From: an uncultured Bifidobacteriaceae bacterium | GTDB lineage: Bacteria; Acidobacteriota; Vicinamibacteria; Vicinamibacterales; UBA2999 | Length of the DNA: 64,000 nt | Direction: 5' to 3' | Assembly (NCBI GenBank): GCA_964643765.1 | Contig: CAZXTM010000002.1 | Coordinates: 81,237-145,236, forward strand | In this document: piece by piece, positions 38,112 through 46,407 of the stretch | How the letters are laid out: each line of letters opens with the position of its first letter | Numbering within the stretch: position 1 is the stretch's first letter | Position numbers and translations under genes: made by a program | The notes under the pieces: generated by a model | Database searches by the model: none | What the model was told of the DNA's origin: nothing | What the model saw: only the letters and a program-made list of their open reading frames with translations

Positions 38112-39344
38112 CTAGATGGCCCCGGCCCCGGCCAGCCGTCGCTGTTCCTCTTCGTCAATGCCGAATTCGGCGTAGACCTCGGCGTTGTGCGCCCCCAGGT
38201 GACCGCCGCTCCAGTGAATCTCGCCTGGCGTCTCCGAGAGGCGCGGGGTGACGTTCTGCATCCGCACGTCGCCACCCTCGGCCGGCACCGCGACGGTCAG
38301 GTGGCGCGCACGCCAGTGCGGATCGCGCTCGATGTCCCTGATGGTCTGCACGTGCACGGCGGTCAGGCCATGCGATGCGATCACCGCGAGGTTCTCGGCC
38401 AGCGTGCGGGCCCCGATGGCGGCGCGCACGACGGCATCGAGCGCCTCCGCATGCGCCACCCGCGCTTCATTGGTCGCAAACCGGGGATCACTCAGCAGGG
38501 CACCGAGGCCATACCCTTCCAGAAAGCGCTCGGCCATCCGTGGCGTCGAGCCGCTGACGGCCAGCCACTCGCCGTCGCTCGTGGCAAAGCAGCCCCGGGG
38601 CCCCGAGTTGCGCGACCGGCTGCCCTGCCGCGTCCGTTCGAGGCCCAGTGCGCCGTACTCGGCCGCCAGCGGTCCCAACACTGAGAACAGCGACTCGAAG
38701 AGCGCCAGGTCGATCACCTGCCCCTGTCCGCCGTGCATGTGCCGGTGGTAGAGCGCGAACATGATCGCGTTGCTGCAGTACAGGCCGGTGGTCATGTCGG
38801 CCATCGGGAAGCTCGGCACGATGGGCGGGCCGTCCGGTTCCCCATTCATGGCCGCAAAGCCGCTGGCGGCTTCCACCAGCGTGCCGAATCCCGGCCGCTG
38901 GCTCGAGGGACCGTCCTGGCCCCAGCCCGAGATGCGCGCGAGAATGAGGCCGGGGTTCCACTGCCGCAGCACGTCGTACCCGAGGCCCATTCGCTCGAGT
39001 GTGCCCGGGACGAACGATTCCATCACGACGTCGACCTGTGGCACGAGGCGCTGCAGCACCGCGCGTCCCTCGGGGGCCTTCAGGTTGAGGGTGATATGGC
39101 GCTTGTTGCGCCCGTAGACCTGCCACCAGAAGGGATGCCCCTGCGTGGTCCACTGCCGGAGCGGGTCGCCGGTGCCGGGCTGTTCGACCTTGATGACATC
39201 GGCTCCGAAGTCGGCCAGCAGCATGCCGGCCAGTCCGCCGGCAACCATGCGGGACAGATCGAGGACACGAAGGCCGGCGAGCGCCCCGCGGGAGGCGACA
39301 GGGGAGCTCAGCGGCTGGTCAGGGAGAGTGTGCGGAAGAGACAC
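38112..39344 (-). CDS. family III CoA-transferase (CaiB/BaiF/Frc type)
   Basis: The N-terminal signature is LAGLRVLDLSRMVAGGLAGMLLADFGADVIKVEQP. About 410 aa. Confidence 0.85.
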   Translation of the reverse strand: MSLPHTLPDQPLSSPVASRGALAGLRVLDLSRMVAGGLAGMLLADFGADVIKVEQPGTGDPLRQWTTQGHPFWWQVYGRNKRHITLNLKAPEGRAVLQRLVPQVDVVMESFVPGTLERMGLGYDVLRQWNPGLILARISGWGQDGPSSQRPGFGTLVEAASGFAAMNGEPDGPPIVPSFPMADMTTGLYCSNAIMFALYHRHMHGGQGQVIDLALFESLFSVLGPLAAEYGALGLERTRQGSRSRNSGPRGCFATSDGEWLAVSGSTPRMAERFLEGYGLGALLSDPRFATNEARVAHAEALDAVVRAAIGARTLAENLAVIASHGLTAVHVQTIRDIERDPHWRARHLTVAVPAEGGDVRMQNVTPRLSETPGEIHWSGGHLGAHNAEVYAEFGIDEEEQRRLAGAGAI

Positions 39345-39353
39345 AACACGAGT

Positions 39354-40814
39354 CTAGCGCCCGGCGGCCCCGGTCCGGGCCGGGGTCAGCAGGCTGACCA
39401 CGATGAACGTGATCATCGAGACCAGCATCACCAGGCCGACGCTGGGAAAGCCATGGGCCGGCACCCACCAGCCCCGGCTGGCGGCAAAGCCCAGCTGCTG
39501 GGCCCCGAAGAAATACAGGCTGCCCGCCAGGGCCGCCACCGTGCTGGCGACGACCGCTGCCGCGGTGGCCCGCGACCAGTGGAGTCCGATGACGAGCGTC
39601 GGCACGAGGGCGGCCGCATGCAGCCCGTAGCCAATGGCGCCGAGCAGCCCGACGAGTTCCCGTGACCACAGCGCCAGCGCCGCCGAGGCCAGCGCCAGGA
39701 CCGCCGTCCAGGTCCGCGCCCAGAAGATCGGATGCCGCACCGGACGCCCCAGGGCCAGCGGAATGTCGCGCGTGAGCGTCGACGCGCCGACGTTGAGGAA
39801 GATACTGGCCGTGCTGAGAATCGCCGACATCAGGCCTGCGAACGCCACGCCGGCCAGCCAGCCCGGCGTGTATGTAGCGAGAAAGGTCGGTGCCGCGGCA
39901 TCGGCCGCCGCCAGGGGGGCGAGGTCGCCCGTGGCCACGCGGGCGCGAATCGCCAGTCCCACCGTGATCCACAGCAGGCTGCCCACCATGTAGCAGCCGG
40001 TCGCAATCAGCACGCTGTATTTGAGCTGCGAGGTGTCCTTCAGCATCAGGAACCGGCTGGTGCTGTGCGGCATCCCCACGTTGCCGAGCCCGAAGACAAA
40101 CAGGTAGCCGAGGGCGGTCAGCGCCGGCGCCGTTCCCCATGGCGACGCCATGGCCTGGTTGGCCGACGCCACGTCGGTGGTGATTTGCGCCAGTCCGCCG
40201 CCGCTCTCCAGGGCGTACCAGAAGACCAGCAGGCTGGCGACGATCATGATGACGCCCTGAAACACTTCGGTACGGATGCCCGCGACGATGCCGCCGATGA
40301 GTGGATAGATCGACACCACGGCCAGCGCCACCCAGAAGGCCAGCAGGAAGCTCCAGCCGAAGACCTGCTCGAGCACGAAGGTCGCTGCCAGAATCTGTGA
40401 GCCCAGGTACGCCACGATGCCCAGCAGAATGCTGAGACCCATGGCAAAGCGCGCGGCCTGGCTGCCGAAGCGCTTGTAGATCGCATCGGGCAGCGTGATC
40501 ACGTCGGGGCCGGCCAGCGCATGCAGCTTGTGTCCGACCAGCGCAAATGACAGGGGAATGCCGAGGGCAGCCGCGAAGGTCATCCAGAAGCTGGTGCTGC
40601 CGAGGCTGTAGACGAGACCCGGCCCCCCGACAAAGCCAAACCCGCTCATCACCGTCGAGAAGGTGGCCAGCCCCAGCACGAACCACCTGAGGTTCTGCCC
40701 GTAGGCGAAGTATTGCTGCTGCGTGCGGGCTTCGAAGTAGGAATGCACCCCGATGGCCAGCGTGACGCCAATCGTCAGGGCCATCATGGCAATGATCAGG
40801 GCCTGGTCACTCAT
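39354..40814 (-). CDS. sodium:solute symporter (SSS) family transporter
   Basis: A 486-aa polytopic protein. The N-terminal region ..YFAYGQNLRWFVLGLATFSTVMSGFGFVGGPGLVY is typical of SSS permeases. Confidence 0.85.
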   Translation of the reverse strand: MSDQALIIAMMALTIGVTLAIGVHSYFEARTQQQYFAYGQNLRWFVLGLATFSTVMSGFGFVGGPGLVYSLGSTSFWMTFAAALGIPLSFALVGHKLHALAGPDVITLPDAIYKRFGSQAARFAMGLSILLGIVAYLGSQILAATFVLEQVFGWSFLLAFWVALAVVSIYPLIGGIVAGIRTEVFQGVIMIVASLLVFWYALESGGGLAQITTDVASANQAMASPWGTAPALTALGYLFVFGLGNVGMPHSTSRFLMLKDTSQLKYSVLIATGCYMVGSLLWITVGLAIRARVATGDLAPLAAADAAAPTFLATYTPGWLAGVAFAGLMSAILSTASIFLNVGASTLTRDIPLALGRPVRHPIFWARTWTAVLALASAALALWSRELVGLLGAIGYGLHAAALVPTLVIGLHWSRATAAAVVASTVAALAGSLYFFGAQQLGFAASRGWWVPAHGFPSVGLVMLVSMITFIVVSLLTPARTGAAGR

Positions 40815-41218
40815 CGCGCGTCTCCTCGCTCATCCTCGGAGGCATCACGCGCCGCGAGGCGGTCGAACACCAGCGCAAACCCCAGCGCCAGCGTCACAAA
40901 CGCCGGCAGCCAGACGCCGTACACCAGGAAGGCCGTCCCCGGCTGGAACCCGCCCCACGTGTCGGCCGGCGCCAGCACCGGCACCTGCTCGTAGGCGAAC
41001 ATGCCGGCAAACGACACCAGCAGCACCAGCGTCGCCACCGCCGGCGGCACCCACGATGCCGGCACGCCCGACCGCACGAAGCCCAGCGCTGCGGTAAGGC
41101 CGATGGCCGCCACCAGTCCGTAGCCGAAGACCTGGTAGGCTCCGGTGAGCGCCGCCGCCAGCATGACCACGAGCGCGGCCAGCAGCAGGAGAATCAGAGC
41201 ATCGTTGCGCATGGACAT
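40811..41218 (-). CDS. small multi-TM membrane protein coupled to the SSS transporter
   Basis: 135 aa with about 4 TM helices. Its stop overlaps the SSS start (ATGA at 40811-40814), consistent with an accessory subunit. Confidence 0.5.
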   Translation of the reverse strand: MSMRNDALILLLLAALVVMLAAALTGAYQVFGYGLVAAIGLTAALGFVRSGVPASWVPPAVATLVLLVSFAGMFAYEQVPVLAPADTWGGFQPGTAFLVYGVWLPAFVTLALGFALVFDRLAARDASEDERGDAR

Positions 41219-41240
41219 GAGACCTCGGGCCCGGCAGGCA

Positions 41241-42080
41241 TCAGGGAAGCTCGCGCGGGCCGACGCCGTCGTAGTGCACCGGAATCCGGATGCGCATCGG
41301 CTTCTCGCGCGTGTATTCCTCGAGCACTTCGGCAGACAGCCCCGCCACACGGCCGATGATGAACACCAGCTTGCCGAAGGCCGGGGGGAAGCCCATGTCA
41401 TGCAGGAGGGCAGCGAGCGCCCCGTCGATGTTCACCGGCAGCGTCTTGCCACTCTCCCGGAGGGCGCGGTCGATGGCACCGATGAAGGCCACGCCGTCGC
41501 CCGCCACCTGTCCCGCGCGGGCCTGGTCAAACAGCACCGTCGTGCGCGGATCGACCGCATGCACCCGATGGCCGAAGCCCGGCATCCGACGCCCGGCCTC
41601 CCGCAGCGCCGACAGCTCGCAGCGGGCCGCCTCGTCGATCGACAGCCCGTCGCGCTGCACCCGCGCCAGGCCGGCCGCAATCACCTCCATGCACGCCTCA
41701 CCGGCACCGCCGTGGTCGTTGCCGATCGCCAGGATGCCGGCCGCGATCGCCGCCGAGAGCGACTGCCGGTTGCCGGAGGCGGCCAGGCGCGCCGTCGCGC
41801 ACGAGGGAGAGCCCGGCCCGTGGTCGGAGCAGGCCGTCAGAATCGAGTTCAGCAGCTGCCGCTCGGCGTCCGAGGGCAACCGGCCCTGATGCAGCAGGAA
41901 AATCGTGTCGGCAAACGTGCAGCCGCCCATGAGCGCGGTGACGTCGTAGCCCCGCAGCCGAATCTGGCCATCGTGCGAGTCGGCAATCCCGGTACGCCAC
42001 GGCGCCATCCCCCCGGCATACGTCACCGCCGTGGCCGGTGCGGAGGTCGGATCATCAGTGGTCGCGGACGGTCCTGTCAT
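41241..42080 (-). CDS. citrate-synthase-fold citryl-CoA lyase-like protein
   Basis: This is a short (279 aa) citrate synthase family member. Motifs include ..LTACSDHGPGSPS.., ..GNDHGGAGE.. and GFGHRVHAVDPR. Confidence 0.75.
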   Translation of the reverse strand: MTGPSATTDDPTSAPATAVTYAGGMAPWRTGIADSHDGQIRLRGYDVTALMGGCTFADTIFLLHQGRLPSDAERQLLNSILTACSDHGPGSPSCATARLAASGNRQSLSAAIAAGILAIGNDHGGAGEACMEVIAAGLARVQRDGLSIDEAARCELSALREAGRRMPGFGHRVHAVDPRTTVLFDQARAGQVAGDGVAFIGAIDRALRESGKTLPVNIDGALAALLHDMGFPPAFGKLVFIIGRVAGLSAEVLEEYTREKPMRIRIPVHYDGVGPRELP

Positions 42081-42188
42081 GCCCAGTGCTCCTGAATGTG
42101 CGCGCGCACGTGTGGTGACGCCCTCGCAGTATGCCTGAGAAGACGTAGGCTTGCATTAACAATCATACATGTCTACCCTTAACGCACA

Positions 42189-43595
42189 ATGGCCCGACCA
42201 CTGACCGACGATGAACAGCGCGCAGCGCACGAGCTGCTGGGACGTGCGCGCGCCGCCATGACCACCGCTTTCGCCTTCGATCAGGCACGGGTCGATCACC
42301 TGTGCCGCGCTCTGGCCTGGGCCACCGCCAACGAGGACACCTTCGGTCGGCTCACGCGCATGAGCGTCGAGGAAAGCGGCATGGGCAGCGCCGACGGCGT
42401 CCCCGCCCGGCGCTGGAAGATCCTCGGCATCCTGCGCGATGCCCTCCGCACGCCCAGCGTCGGCATCATTGAAGACGATCCGATCAAGGGCCTGGTGAAG
42501 TACGCCAAGCCCGCCGGGGTCATCGCCGGCATCCTGCCCGTCACCAATCCGCTCGTCACGATGGTCAACATGGCCATCAACGCCGTCAAGTGCCGCGATG
42601 CCGTCATCTTCTCGCCCCACCCGATGAGTCGGCGCACCGCCCTGGAAATCACCCGCGTTCTCAGGGCGGCGCTCGAGCGGCAGGGCGCCCCGGCCGATCT
42701 CGTGCTCTGCCTCGAGACCCCGAGCATTCCGCTCGCGCAGCACCTGATGAGCATCTGCGATCTCACCATCGCGACCGGCGGCACGGCCATGGTCCGCGCC
42801 GCCTACAGTTCAGGAAAACCCGCCTACGGCGTCGGTGCCGGCAATGCCACGGTCGTCGTCGATGACACCGCCGACCTTGCCGATGCCGCCAGGAACACCC
42901 GGATCAGCAAGACGCAGAATCACGGCTCAGGGTGCTCGTGCGATGGCAACCTGCTGATCGACCGCACGGTCTACGACGCCTTCCTCACCCACCTGCAGGC
43001 CGAAGGCGGCTATCTCGCCTCCGCCGAGGAGAAGGCCCGGCTAGAAGCCGTCATGTGGGACGGCGAGGGGCGCCGCACCCTCGACACGGTCGCCCGCGCC
43101 GCCGCAGTCATCGCGGCGAAGGCCGGGATCGACCTGCCGCCCGACCGGTCGTTCATCATCGTCGAGCAGACGCACATCGGGAAGGCCCACCGCTTCTCGG
43201 GCGAGAAACTCTCACCCTTGCTGGCCACGTTCCGCTACGACACGTTCGACGCGCTGCTCGACATGGTCGCTGCCATCCTCGAGGTGGGCGGCAAGGGGCA
43301 CTCGGTGGGCATCGCGTCGTTCAACGACGAGCACATCCACCGTCTGGCCCTGATGGCCCCGGTGAGCCGCATCATGGTGCGCCAGCCCAACGTGCGGGGC
43401 AACGCGGGCAGCTTCGACAACGGCATGCCCATGACCGCGAGCCTCGGCTGCGGCACGTGGGGCGGCAACATTACCAGCGAGAACATCAGCGTCAAGCACT
43501 ACATGAACACCACCTGGGTCAGCCGCACGATCCCGGAAGACCGCCCCAGCGAACAGGAACTGCTCGGCGAGTTCTACGGGTCGGAGACGTTCTGA
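42189..43595 (+). CDS. CoA-acylating aldehyde dehydrogenase (SucD/EutE/SauS-like)
   Basis: An ALDH fold without the classic EL(G)GK. The catalytic region is ..NHGSGCSCDGNLLI... The N-terminal ..ILPVTNPLVT.. pattern is characteristic of acylating enzymes. Confidence 0.8.
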   Translation: MARPLTDDEQRAAHELLGRARAAMTTAFAFDQARVDHLCRALAWATANEDTFGRLTRMSVEESGMGSADGVPARRWKILGILRDALRTPSVGIIEDDPIKGLVKYAKPAGVIAGILPVTNPLVTMVNMAINAVKCRDAVIFSPHPMSRRTALEITRVLRAALERQGAPADLVLCLETPSIPLAQHLMSICDLTIATGGTAMVRAAYSSGKPAYGVGAGNATVVVDDTADLADAARNTRISKTQNHGSGCSCDGNLLIDRTVYDAFLTHLQAEGGYLASAEEKARLEAVMWDGEGRRTLDTVARAAAVIAAKAGIDLPPDRSFIIVEQTHIGKAHRFSGEKLSPLLATFRYDTFDALLDMVAAILEVGGKGHSVGIASFNDEHIHRLALMAPVSRIMVRQPNVRGNAGSFDNGMPMTASLGCGTWGGNITSENISVKHYMNTTWVSRTIPEDRPSEQELLGEFYGSETF

Positions 43596-43635
43596 GCTAC
43601 CCTGCGGCAGGCATCCTCCGCGGATGCCTGCCGCC

Positions 43636-44646
43636 ATGCCCGCCGAGTCACCCCGTCATCACGACCGCATCCAGATCTTTCCCCCCGCCCGCACAGGCGT
43701 GCCCAGGGCCGTGGCGCGCCATCGTCAGGCGTGTGCCTCGGCGGCCGCAGACAGTCCCCACCGCCCGCTGCTGTGCCCCGAGGTGCTGCGCTGCCTACAT
43801 GCCGCCCCTGGCGATGTCATCGTCGATGCGACCCTCGGCGGCGGGGGTCATGCCGCGGCGCTGCTGCCGCTGATCGCCCCCGGCGGGCACCTGGTGGCGC
43901 TTGACCTCGATCCGCAGGCCCTGGAGGTGGCGACTCCGCGCCTGCAGGCCCGCGCACCGTCCACAGTGCGGGTGACCACGCGACACGCGTCCTTCAGCGA
44001 CCTCTCGCACGCGATGCAGCAGTGCGGCGTGGCACAGGCACAGTCGCTGCTCGTCGACCTGGGCATCTCGCAGATGCACCTCGACGACCAGTCGCGCGGG
44101 TTTCACTTCACCGGCGTCGGTCCGCTCGACATGCGCCTCGACCCGTCGCGGGGCCGCACCGCGGCCGAGTGGCTGGCCTCGCTGGACGCGCCCGCCCTGG
44201 CGCAGCTGCTCGAGGACCATGCCGATGAACCGCACGCCCGCCTGATTGCCGCCCTGCTGACCCGCGCACCGGTGACGACTTCGCACGCGCTCGAGCGGCG
44301 CGTGCGCCTCGGGCTCGAGGCCTCGGGGTTGGCGCTCACCCGCCCCGAGATCAAGCGATCGATCCGTCGCACCTTCCAGGCCCTGCGCATTGCGGTGAAC
44401 GATGAACTGGCGGCCCTCGAGGCGCTGCTGCGGCAGCTGCCCGACTGTCTCGTGCCCGGAGGCCGCGTGTGCATCCTCACCTTCCACTCGGGGGAGGATC
44501 GGCGCGTGGCCGCCGCCTTCGACGAAGGGCGGCGCCACGGGGTCTACTCGCGCGTCGCCCGCACGCCCATTCGTTCGCTCAAGGCGGAAACCCGGGCCGA
44601 TCGGCGCGCCGCGGCCTGCAAGCTGCGCTGGGCCATCCGCGCCTGA
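43636..44646 (+). CDS. rsmH: 16S rRNA (cytosine-N4)-methyltransferase RsmH-like protein
   Basis: The motifs HRPLLCPEVLRCL...VIVDATLGGGGHAAALL and ..ILTFHSGEDRRV.. match the RsmH/MraW family. An N-terminal extension of about 40 aa is present. Confidence 0.7.
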   Translation: MPAESPRHHDRIQIFPPARTGVPRAVARHRQACASAAADSPHRPLLCPEVLRCLHAAPGDVIVDATLGGGGHAAALLPLIAPGGHLVALDLDPQALEVATPRLQARAPSTVRVTTRHASFSDLSHAMQQCGVAQAQSLLVDLGISQMHLDDQSRGFHFTGVGPLDMRLDPSRGRTAAEWLASLDAPALAQLLEDHADEPHARLIAALLTRAPVTTSHALERRVRLGLEASGLALTRPEIKRSIRRTFQALRIAVNDELAALEALLRQLPDCLVPGGRVCILTFHSGEDRRVAAAFDEGRRHGVYSRVARTPIRSLKAETRADRRAAACKLRWAIRA

Positions 44647-44665
44647 CGCCGCCAGCCCTGGTGGG

Positions 44666-45148
44666 TCAGTCGACCAGCCACGCACTGGGCTTCAGTGCCT
44701 TGGGAAGATACAGCGGATGACCAGGATAGCCCTCCTTCGTCAGGCGCAGGCGGTGCAGCGAGGGCAGCAGCTTCCTGACCTGGGCATGCCGTTCACGATG
44801 GGCCCCGTGCACGCCCCACGCCGCCACCACGATCGCCGCGTGACGTGCCGACTCGACCAGCCAATAGTCGTTGTCGGCGCCCACCGGCTCAGGCTCGGCC
44901 AGCATTACCGCGGGGTCAGTCGCGCGGAAGGCGAAGATATTCGTCATGCACAGGCCGCCGTAGCCCCAGTCGCGGGCATAGCCAATGCATCGACGCACTG
45001 TCGGGTCGTCGCGTTCTTCGTCGGCCGTGCTCGGATTGAGCCCGACAAACATCGCATAGCCACGGTGCCCTCCCCAGTGACGCCACAGGGTGTAGCGGTA
45101 GCGGCGGCACGGGCTGAAGAGCGCCGTGCGTGCGTACACCTCCGACAT
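44666..45148 (-). CDS. DUF1643 domain protein
   Basis: FSPCRRYRYTLWRHW...MFVGLNPSTADEERDDPTVRRCIGYA..GYGGLCMTNIFAFR matches the DUF1643 signature. Confidence 0.7.
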   Translation of the reverse strand: MSEVYARTALFSPCRRYRYTLWRHWGGHRGYAMFVGLNPSTADEERDDPTVRRCIGYARDWGYGGLCMTNIFAFRATDPAVMLAEPEPVGADNDYWLVESARHAAIVVAAWGVHGAHRERHAQVRKLLPSLHRLRLTKEGYPGHPLYLPKALKPSAWLVD

Positions 45149-45157
45149 GCAGCCTGA

Positions 45158-46387
45158 CTACATCGACCCGGTACTCACCGGGCGTTCGAGCGCCGTCACG
45201 CACGCCACCATGAAGGCGTTGGACTGCTGCGCATCGAGCACACGATGGTCGAGCGTCAGGGTGATATAGACCATGGGCCTGATCACGATGGATTCGGCCC
45301 CGTCGATGACCCGGACCACCGGACGCCGCTGCAGGGCGCCGACGCCCAGGACGGCCGCCTGCGGCTGGGGAATGATGATGGGCGCCGCCAGCAGGCTGCC
45401 GCTCACGCCGTGGTTCGAGATGGTGAAGGTGCCTCCGGTGACGTCGGCCTGCGACAACGTCCCCGCCCGCGCCCGCGCCGTCACATCGTCGAGCCGCGCG
45501 TGGATGGCCTCGAGCGACATCTGCTGCGCGCCGTGAATGACCGGCGCAATGAGGCCGCCGTCAGGCGTGGCCACGCCGACGCCGATGTTGATGTCTTCGA
45601 AGATTTCGACGGCGTCCTCGTGCCAGCGGCTGTTGACCTCGGGCACCCGGCCGAGCGCTGCCACCACCGCCCTGACCACATAGGCCGTCACCGTCGGGGC
45701 TGCACCGGTGGCGGCCTTGCGGGCCTCGCGATCGCCCAGCACCGCCGTCATGTCTGCCTCGAAGACCGACGTCACATGCGGTGCGGCCGCGAGGCTGCGG
45801 GCCATGTTGGTCGCAATGCTCCGGCGCATTGGCGTATGCGGCACGCGCCGCGACGGACGCGCCTGACGGGCCGCAGGCCCGGGCACACTGCTGTCGTCGG
45901 TCAGATGCCGCTGCTCGACATAGGCCAGCACATCCTCGCGCGTCAGCCGTCCACCGGGTCCGGTCGCCGGCACCTGTGCGGCATCGAGCTGATGCTGCTT
46001 GAGCAGCTGGCGCACCGCCGGCGTCAGCCCCAGCGCCGCAGCCGGAGGCGTCGTCGACGGCATCACGGCCGGGGTGCTGCGCTGCGCCCCGGCGGCCGCG
46101 GCCGCTCCGCCCACCGGTGCTCCGCCCGCAGCCACGCCCGCTGCAGCATCAGTCGATACGCGTCCCAGCACGGCGCCCGGTTCGATGCGCGTGCCTGCCG
46201 CACAGCACACCTCGGCCAGCACCCCGGCGGCCGGCGCCGGCACTTCCATGTTGACCTTGTCGGTCGTGATTTCCACGAGGGGCTCGTGCAGGGCCACCGG
46301 GTCGCCCACCTGCTTGAGCCAGGTGCCAACAGTGGCTTCGGTGCCTTCCGCCTGGTCGGCGGGCATGAGGATGTCGATAGTGGCCAT
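45158..46387 (-). CDS. 2-oxoacid dehydrogenase E2 (dihydrolipoamide acyltransferase)
   Basis: The lipoyl domain is LVEITTDKVNMEVPAPAAG, followed by an Ala/Pro linker and a subunit-binding domain. The catalytic motif is LTLDHRVLDAQQSNAF (DHRxxD). Confidence 0.85.
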   Translation of the reverse strand: MATIDILMPADQAEGTEATVGTWLKQVGDPVALHEPLVEITTDKVNMEVPAPAAGVLAEVCCAAGTRIEPGAVLGRVSTDAAAGVAAGGAPVGGAAAAAGAQRSTPAVMPSTTPPAAALGLTPAVRQLLKQHQLDAAQVPATGPGGRLTREDVLAYVEQRHLTDDSSVPGPAARQARPSRRVPHTPMRRSIATNMARSLAAAPHVTSVFEADMTAVLGDREARKAATGAAPTVTAYVVRAVVAALGRVPEVNSRWHEDAVEIFEDINIGVGVATPDGGLIAPVIHGAQQMSLEAIHARLDDVTARARAGTLSQADVTGGTFTISNHGVSGSLLAAPIIIPQPQAAVLGVGALQRRPVVRVIDGAESIVIRPMVYITLTLDHRVLDAQQSNAFMVACVTALERPVSTGSM

Positions 46388-46407
46388 GGGCGGTCTGCTT
46401 CCGAACG

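Noticed and set aside
39319-40686. 455-aa alternative same-strand frame inside the SSS transporter gene
   Set aside because: Its composition is Arg/Gly/Pro-rich with no TM helices. The 39354..40814 frame gives a canonical polytopic SSS protein.
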